In this document: positions 47,586 to 53,935 of the stretch, piece by piece
Layout of the letters: the number at the start of each line of letters is the position of its first letter
How positions within the stretch are numbered: position 1 is the first letter of the stretch
Source of the DNA: Candidatus Hermodarchaeota archaeon
GTDB lineage: Archaea > Asgardarchaeota > Hermodarchaeia > Hermodarchaeales > Hermodarchaeaceae
Assembly (NCBI GenBank): GCA_016839365.1
Contig: JAEOUH010000067.1
Span: forward strand, 1-53,935
Length of the DNA stretch: 53,935 nt
Reading direction: 5' to 3'
Translations under genes and position numbers: made by a program
Notes under the pieces: model-generated
The model's input: only the letters and a program-made list of their open reading frames with translations
The model's database searches: none
What the model was told of the DNA's origin: nothing

Positions 47586-47790
47586 ATTAGACCCATCATG
47601 GATGTTTTTAGTTTCCTGTGTAATATTTCACTGTAATATTTTGTATCCTGTGTGACGGTAAATTTTAAATAGCGCTTTCTGTGACCGGAACGCGTTCCCT
47701 TGTAAAGACACGAATCAGAAGTTCTGAGGGGACAGAGAGTTGAAGACTTGAAAGCAATACGCTTGCTAGTTAAGACGCCGGTGACAAGCC

Positions 47791-49755
47791 TTGAGTAAGA
47801 TTGAGATTACATCAACTGAAGCTCGGAAATTCCCCCCTTCGAAGGCCTTCAGTAAACAGGCATTCATTAGGAACATGGAGGAATTAAGAGAACTTTATCA
47901 AGAATCCATCAAGGACCCTCCAGCATTTTGGGCTAAACAGGCTGAAAACCTTGATTGGTTCGAAAAATGGCCAGGTCCTGTGCATACATGGGATCCTACT
48001 GAAGCCCGACATACCTGGTTCAAAGGCGGGAAACTCAATGCTGCTTATAACTGCTTGGACCGCCATGTCAAAACAGAGCTAAAGGATAAAATCGCAATCA
48101 TCTGGGAAGGCGATGACCCGAACCAGAACAAAACCTACACCTATCAACAGTTGCATGAAGAAGTGAGTAAATTCGCGAATGTCCTTAAGAAGCTCGGGTA
48201 TAAGAAGGGCGACCGTCTTGCCATTTACCTGCCCATGATCCCGGAGCTCGCAATTGCCATGTTGGCCTGTGCACGATTAGGAATCATTCACAGCATTGTA
48301 TTTGGTGGATTCAGCGCCGATAGCCTAAAAGACCGCATTCTAGATGCTGACTGCACAGGGATCGTTACAAGTGATGGCAGCTATCGTGGTGGAAAGACCA
48401 TCCCTTTGAAAACAAATGCTGATGAAGCTCTCAAAAAGTGTCCCAGGGTCAAACATAGTATCGTGGTCAAACGGACTGGCATCGATGTTGAGATGAAAAA
48501 GAAACGCGACCTATGGTGGCATGAACTGATGGAAGATTCTGCCGCACAAGGTGAATGCCCTGCCGAACCCATGGACGCGGAAGATCCCCTTTTCATCCTC
48601 TACACCAGTGGATCAACTGGTAAGCCCAAAGGGGTGCTCCACACTACAGGTGGATATTTGACTTACAACATGACTACCTTCAAGTACATCTTCGACTACC
48701 ACCCAGAGGATATCTACTGGTGCACCGCTGACATCGGATGGATTACTGGGCATAGCTACATCGTCTATGGACCGCTAGCCGCCGGCGCAACATCCGTCAT
48801 GTTTGAAGGCATCCCAACCTATCCCGAACCCGATCGTTTCTGGGCTATTGTCGAAAAATACAAGATTAACCAATTTTATACTGCCCCAACAGCCATCCGG
48901 GCTATCATGCGCAATGGCGACGAATGGGTGAACAAGCATGACCTCAGCAGCATCAAACTGCTGGGTACTGTTGGTGAGCCAATCAATCCTGAGGCATGGC
49001 TTTGGTACTACAAAGTCGTTGGTAAAGGCAAAGCCCCTATTGTTGACACATACTGGCAAACCGAAACCGGTGGAGTGGTCATCACACCCATCCCTGGGGC
49101 TGTTGAACTTAAACCCGGATCAGCGACCCTGCCCTTCTTAGGTATCGAAGCTATGATTGTCGATGAATCCGGTCAAGAAGTCGGCACCAACGAGGGTGGC
49201 TATCTTGTCATTAAGAAACCTTGGCCAGGTCTAATGCGGACGGTCTATGGTGATCATCAACGCTTCGTTGACACCTATTTCAAGACCTTCCCACCTTACT
49301 ATATGACAGGCGATGGAGCGCGTAAAGATGAAGATGGTTATTTCTGGGTCGTTGGTCGAATTGATGACGTTGTCAATGTATCCGGACATCGCATGGGTAC
49401 CGCGGAAATCGAATCTGCCCTCGTTTCACATCAATCCGTTGCTGAAGCAGCCGTTGTTGGGTTCCCGCATGACATCAAGGGCCAAGCACTCTACTGCTTC
49501 GTCACTCTCAAGATGGGTTATGAGAAGACCGATGATCTCCGAACTGAACTCCGTGGACATGTCCGCAAAGAAATTGGTCCGATTGCCACACCTGATAAAA
49601 TCCAGTTCGCCGATGCACTACCCAAAACCCGAAGCGGCAAAATCATGCGCCGCATCCTGAAGAAAATCGCCGCTGGCGAAACAAAGGATTTAGGTGACAC
49701 AACCACCCTAGCAGACCCATCAGTCGTGGAAAAACTGATCAACGAGCGAGTTTAG
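47791..49755 (+). CDS. acs: Acetyl-CoA synthetase (AMP-forming)
   Basis: [51 protein letters not shown]. Confidence 0.96.
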   Translation: MSKIEITSTEARKFPPSKAFSKQAFIRNMEELRELYQESIKDPPAFWAKQAENLDWFEKWPGPVHTWDPTEARHTWFKGGKLNAAYNCLDRHVKTELKDKIAIIWEGDDPNQNKTYTYQQLHEEVSKFANVLKKLGYKKGDRLAIYLPMIPELAIAMLACARLGIIHSIVFGGFSADSLKDRILDADCTGIVTSDGSYRGGKTIPLKTNADEALKKCPRVKHSIVVKRTGIDVEMKKKRDLWWHELMEDSAAQGECPAEPMDAEDPLFILYTSGSTGKPKGVLHTTGGYLTYNMTTFKYIFDYHPEDIYWCTADIGWITGHSYIVYGPLAAGATSVMFEGIPTYPEPDRFWAIVEKYKINQFYTAPTAIRAIMRNGDEWVNKHDLSSIKLLGTVGEPINPEAWLWYYKVVGKGKAPIVDTYWQTETGGVVITPIPGAVELKPGSATLPFLGIEAMIVDESGQEVGTNEGGYLVIKKPWPGLMRTVYGDHQRFVDTYFKTFPPYYMTGDGARKDEDGYFWVVGRIDDVVNVSGHRMGTAEIESALVSHQSVAEAAVVGFPHDIKGQALYCFVTLKMGYEKTDDLRTELRGHVRKEIGPIATPDKIQFADALPKTRSGKIMRRILKKIAAGETKDLGDTTTLADPSVVEKLINERV

Positions 49756-50007
49756 TAAGTCATCGGAGACAGCGAAATCCTCTGACTCTTTCTTTCTATA
49801 CTCTACAGGTTAACTAACGGAAGCTAGGTATATGTAAAGAGTTAGATTACTGGCTTTAATTGGTACTCAGTAAACTATTTTCCGAACTTGCCGGTTCCTA
49901 AGAGATTATAGCAGTCTTCGTTAGAATGGGTCATCAATGTGTTTACAACAATCTGAGAAACCCTTTAAATAAGAAATCCATAGGAATCAAAAATTGAGTT
50001 TCGCTAG

Positions 50008-51687
50008 GTGGTTTTTTTGACAAGCGATGTGCTAGAAAACGATAGCAAAGAAGGAATTAGCAATGACGTTTTTTATACTGTCTTAAAAAGCCAAGCCGTG
50101 CTTTGGCTTTTATCCTTTAATGGCTGGGATAAAAAGGAAAAAAAGAATCGCAATTCAAGTTTTCTCCTCTTAGGCATGACGAGCCTGTTATGGTTTCTCT
50201 TTCGTACAGGAACCAAACCAACACGAGCCCTATATCCGTGTCAACGTGCAGCGCTTGAAACAGTGTCGATGTCAGCACAAGCGTTTCTGCCAGCTGCATT
50301 AACCTCGCTTTTTGTTGGATTCTCCTTTCGATCAATGCGACTCTCCATGGACAAGATGAAAGCGGGTATCAAACGCTATTGGAAGCCCATTCTTGCCCTT
50401 GTGATCATATTACCGACTGCTGGCTTTGGCATCGCATTTCTCTGGAATTCCATGCAGCCGTCTGGGAATGATGTCCTTCTCACTCTGACCCCTCAGGTTG
50501 CCACCACGTCACCTGCCTCTGATATTTATGTGCTTCAAGGAAGGACTTTCGCAACCATCCCTAATCTCATTAACCTCATGGGCACCCAAGGTCTGGCTTT
50601 CTATCAATCGGATACAACGGGGGCAAACCAAGGACCTACAGGGCTCATTGCATCTAATGATGTGGTGTTAATCAAAGTCAACAGTCAATGGGCCTACCGA
50701 GGTGGCACTAACACCGACTTGCTACGTCAACTCATCCAAGCCCTTATTGATCATCCCGATGGATTCGAAGGCGAAATAGTGGTTGCGGATAATGGTCAAG
50801 GTTTCGGAAACCTGGATTGGGCTGAAAATAATGCAGAAGATCGAAGTCAATCCTTTACTGATGTTGTTGCGAGTTTTGCAACTGATTATGCTGTCAACGT
50901 GTATGACTGGCAATCAATTCGTCCAACAGAAGTCGATGAGTACTCCGATGGAGATATGAACGACGGCTACATTCGAGCATCCGTATTAGACGTCGATACC
51001 GGCATCCGAGTGACCTATCCCAAGTTCCAAACAACGGACGGAACCTATGTCAGCTTCAAACATGGAATCTGGAACGGTACTGCCTATGAGAACCGTCTTA
51101 AAGTGATTAACTTCCCCATTCTCAAATCCCACCAACGCTATGGGGTTACGGGAGCTACGAAACACTACATGGGCGTGCAATCAGAAGGACAAGCTAATCC
51201 AGGTGGACTTGGAAACGGCCATTATGCCATCGCTGATGGAGGAATGGGCACCCTTCTTTCTGAAACGCGCTATCCAGTCCTTAATATTCTGGACGCAATC
51301 TGGATTAACGCAAATCCCTATCCTGAATCGACATGTGGACCTAGGACTACATATGAAGCGGCCACACGCGTCAACGTCCTCATGGCAAGCACTGATCCAA
51401 TCGCATTAGATTATTGGGCGGCAAAACATGTGCTAATGCAAGCAGCTGAATTGATTGGCTACACTAACCTCTATACCATGGATCCCGACAGCGATATACG
51501 TGGATCCCTTACCGAGGCCTTTGGAGTCTGGCTCCCCCTTACGGAAGCCGAACTCATTCGAAACGGATACACTGTCACCTGTGATGAATCAAGAATGAAC
51601 GTATACATTACCCAGCCCCTATCTATTCCCATCGACATTCCTTCATTATCTATGTTTCTCAAAGAAGAAGTCCATAGAATTGATTAG
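50008..51687 (+). CDS. DUF362-like protein with N-terminal membrane segments
   Basis: RTGTKPTRALYPCQ, VLIKVN, TNTD, INFPILKSH..YGVTGATKHYMG, LNILDA, STDPIALD; start uncertain. Confidence 0.7.
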   Translation: MVFLTSDVLENDSKEGISNDVFYTVLKSQAVLWLLSFNGWDKKEKKNRNSSFLLLGMTSLLWFLFRTGTKPTRALYPCQRAALETVSMSAQAFLPAALTSLFVGFSFRSMRLSMDKMKAGIKRYWKPILALVIILPTAGFGIAFLWNSMQPSGNDVLLTLTPQVATTSPASDIYVLQGRTFATIPNLINLMGTQGLAFYQSDTTGANQGPTGLIASNDVVLIKVNSQWAYRGGTNTDLLRQLIQALIDHPDGFEGEIVVADNGQGFGNLDWAENNAEDRSQSFTDVVASFATDYAVNVYDWQSIRPTEVDEYSDGDMNDGYIRASVLDVDTGIRVTYPKFQTTDGTYVSFKHGIWNGTAYENRLKVINFPILKSHQRYGVTGATKHYMGVQSEGQANPGGLGNGHYAIADGGMGTLLSETRYPVLNILDAIWINANPYPESTCGPRTTYEAATRVNVLMASTDPIALDYWAAKHVLMQAAELIGYTNLYTMDPDSDIRGSLTEAFGVWLPLTEAELIRNGYTVTCDESRMNVYITQPLSIPIDIPSLSMFLKEEVHRID

Positions 51688-51755
51688 ACAAGAACGTAGG
51701 GATATAACCAGTCAGCAAAGCTGAAATCACAGCTCGCTAGTAGTGCGATTTATAG

Positions 51756-51772
51756 TATTTCATTGTGAAATA
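51756..51772 (+). promoter_or_regulatory. Palindromic candidate operator downstream of a TATA box
   Basis: TATTTCA-TTG-TGAAATA immediately after TTTATA and upstream of ATG 51799. Confidence 0.4.
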
Positions 51773-51798
51773 TTGGTATTCTAGTGTAGGCGATACTT

Positions 51799-52566
51799 AT
51801 GGCATTACAGGATTTGTTAATCCTGGACCATTTCACGTATTCCTTTCCTCCACAGGTCATTAATCGGCTCCAGGCCCTGTGTGGAGTCCTGAAAAGTTGT
51901 GAAACTCGAAAGATCACTCGACCGGATGGCAGTTACGAAGGAGTATATCTGTTTGCTCACGATGGTAGCTATTTCGAAATGCTAAAGCAACCTGAGCATA
52001 CGCCACCCCTCTTTGCTCTTTCAATGAGTTGCTTATCATCGGACCAAGAAACAGTCAGAAACCTTCCTTCCCAACATCCGCAACTCCAATGGCATAAACA
52101 TCAAATCAACGATTCAAAGAATAAACCATGGTATACTTATCATGGACAAGTACCAATCGAAGAGGTAGAACGTCAAGGTTTGATGTTCTGGGCAATGGAA
52201 TACAATAATCTTCAACGCCACCGACCCTACCAGCATCAGAAAAAAACACCCTCAAAAGGAAAATTTACAGTCCAAGGATTCAAAGCTATGCGGGTAAAAG
52301 GTCCTGAGCTTTATCTTGATGTAATTCGAGAACGATCCCAATGGATACCTGGCAATCACACCATCGCTGACCAAAAGGCTGTACTTCGATTGTTGAATCC
52401 CTCCTTTGACGTATTCGAAGTCAGCATCGAAGTTGACAAAGAGAAGGGAGAAAGCAAACCCATTAGCCTTACAATGCTAATCGATAAGAACGCAGAAATC
52501 GGATCACAAGAGACGAAAGGTATCCGAATCACTCGTATCCAAAACACACTAATCCTCAACTTCTAG
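51799..52566 (+). CDS. Hypothetical protein, VOC/glyoxalase-like N-terminus (DUF5829-like)
   Basis: LDHF...ETR...DGSYEGVYLF...YFE pattern. Confidence 0.5.
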   Translation: MALQDLLILDHFTYSFPPQVINRLQALCGVLKSCETRKITRPDGSYEGVYLFAHDGSYFEMLKQPEHTPPLFALSMSCLSSDQETVRNLPSQHPQLQWHKHQINDSKNKPWYTYHGQVPIEEVERQGLMFWAMEYNNLQRHRPYQHQKKTPSKGKFTVQGFKAMRVKGPELYLDVIRERSQWIPGNHTIADQKAVLRLLNPSFDVFEVSIEVDKEKGESKPISLTMLIDKNAEIGSQETKGIRITRIQNTLILNF

Positions 52567-52695
52567 AAGGCCTGAAAGCAAAACAACAACATACTTCTTC
52601 AAGCCTGTGGTGAATCAACCCAAACAGGATGGCTATCCAATATATTGATCCTTTCTTCTCTTTTTCTTACAGAGCAAATGTGGAAGCTATTTCAC

Positions 52696-53016
52696 TCAGA
52701 TTCCTTCAAACATGTGCCGCATTTGTCGTTGATATTGTTCGAAGGCTTGACGTCCAGATTGTGTCAACTGAATCAGCGTGTATGGTTTTCGGTCAACAAA
52801 TTTTTTGATCACTTCCACGTATCCCGCATTCTCGAGTTTAGTGATATGGGAAGAGAGGTTCCCCCACGTCATTCCTGTCTGTTGCTTGAGAAAAAGGAAG
52901 TCAGCACGGTCTAATACATACAGATGGGACATAATAACCAGTCGGGCAGGTTCGTGAATAACCCGATCAATGTCATCGATGATTGGGAACTTCGCATCGA
53001 CTGGCTCTTCAGGCAC
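52696..53016 (-). CDS. Winged-helix transcriptional regulator (MarR/ArsR-like)
   Basis: IHEPARL.IM, TWGNLSSHITKLENAGYV, LTQSGRQAF; GTG start at 53016. Confidence 0.88.
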   Translation of the reverse strand: MPEEPVDAKFPIIDDIDRVIHEPARLVIMSHLYVLDRADFLFLKQQTGMTWGNLSSHITKLENAGYVEVIKKFVDRKPYTLIQLTQSGRQAFEQYQRQMRHMFEGI

Positions 53017-53623
53017 CCTCCATCTCTCCAAGCGATTCTTTCGGATACATACGGAGGAAACGGTACAATTGCACTGACCCAAATACGGTCATGACCAGGC
53101 CAACAGCTACCAAAGGTAAGACTACGATTATCGGGAAGTAGAAGGTGAACACTGATGATCCAAGAAAGATAACGGCATAAACATAGAATCGTCGGATATT
53201 GGATGCTAAGCCGATGACAGCGAAAATGATGCCTCCAACTGCACCAACTATTAAGATAGTAAAGGCGGACTCAAAAATCAACACTCCTAATGGTGGATAC
53301 AACATTGCAATGATTCCCAAAACATTTCCAAACACTAGGAGTACAACTAAGACCAAGAAGATGTAGGTGATCCTTAGTCGTCGAGCTGCCGAGAACTCGA
53401 CATACCCCATCCGAGGAATCGTGATCCTATGTTTTGCAGCCATGTATGATGAGAAGAGAGCAAAAAATCCACTAACAAGGAAGAACCAGAATGTCGGAAA
53501 GAACCAAACTGTCACACCTAGTAATATGAGTAAAATGCCAACGAAGATATCGATTAATCCGTCCTGATGATAGGAAAGATAAGCCTGTCGCTCAATTGAT
53601 TTCAAATCAGTAGTTTTACTCAT
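53009..53623 (-). CDS. Multi-pass membrane protein
   Basis: DGLIDI and ITIPRMGYVEF motifs, about 6 TM, ends FLRMYPK; operonic with the regulator. Confidence 0.75.
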   Translation of the reverse strand: MSKTTDLKSIERQAYLSYHQDGLIDIFVGILLILLGVTVWFFPTFWFFLVSGFFALFSSYMAAKHRITIPRMGYVEFSAARRLRITYIFLVLVVLLVFGNVLGIIAMLYPPLGVLIFESAFTILIVGAVGGIIFAVIGLASNIRRFYVYAVIFLGSSVFTFYFPIIVVLPLVAVGLVMTVFGSVQLYRFLRMYPKESLGEMEGA

Positions 53624-53935
53624 TTTAAATCACCCTGTAATTCATTGTTCCATTCCTCAACCAGCTCGTCACTCTCTCTTACTTTAGGGTATTTCCTCAA
53701 AAACCGGTATAGCAAAATAAAACCTAATCCGGCTATAGCTATCCCTAAAGCGATAATGGGGTAGGTTATTGGCAACACGAACACATGAGCTGCCGAGAAG
53801 GCGAGAAGCGTTATAACGCCATAACCAAGGAGGCGGTATATTTGTGTGGCCCACCCAAACAATGCAAACAATCCTCCACCCACTGTTGCCACAACCAACA
53901 GGCCGTACTGGTTCAAAAAGGCTACAGCCGCAGAC
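53620..53935 (-). CDS. Membrane protein, paralog of 53009-53623 (5' part outside window)
   Basis: Ends LYRFLRKYPK like its neighbour; frame runs to the window edge. Confidence 0.7.
   Translation of the reverse strand, partial: SAAVAFLNQYGLLVVATVGGGLFALFGWATQIYRLLGYGVITLLAFSAAHVFVLPITYPIIALGIAIAGLGFILLYRFLRKYPKVRESDELVEEWNNELQGDLK

Noticed and set aside
47619-47641. TGTAATATTT direct repeat upstream of acs
   Set aside because: Short AT-rich repeat with no identifiable cognate regulator; may be chance.
50120-50173. Possible frameshift joining ATG 50120 (MAGIKRKK) to the DUF362 frame at an A-run
   Set aside because: The main frame is already open with other possible starts and there is no canonical slippery heptamer in frame; a homopolymer error cannot be judged without reads.
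1-53935. CRISPR arrays, tRNA, rRNA, IS transposases, reverse transcriptase/DGR
   Set aside because: No regularly spaced repeats, cloverleaf or rRNA signatures, DDE/Y1 transposase or RT motifs were seen by eye.

Overview
Archaeal chromosomal segment. Rab-like GTPases with WDLAGQ, a longin-like protein, an expanded FtsX-type permease and an archaeosortase-like gene point to an Asgard archaeon (inference). Housekeeping and metabolic genes include archaeal asparagine synthetase A with a divergent Lrp regulator, a class II ribonucleotide reductase with an HNH-bearing intein, PolB2, acyl-CoA dehydrogenase and acetyl-CoA synthetase. Three regions stand out. (1) A ~6.6 kb tyrosine-integrase element (23772-30414) is bounded by a 12-bp direct repeat (TTCTGCATTCCA). 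It sits in the 3' end of an MFS transporter gene, swaps that protein's C-terminus, and carries a 937-aa FtsX-type permease. (2) A tusA-dsrE-iscS-iscU operon has an IscS with Asp in place of the PLP-binding Lys. (3) A signalling cluster joins four KaiC/RAD55-like ATPase genes, a Rab-like GTPase, a CheY-like receiver, an archaeosortase-like protein and a six-PAS histidine kinase. All calls come from motif reading by eye; no database searches were run.
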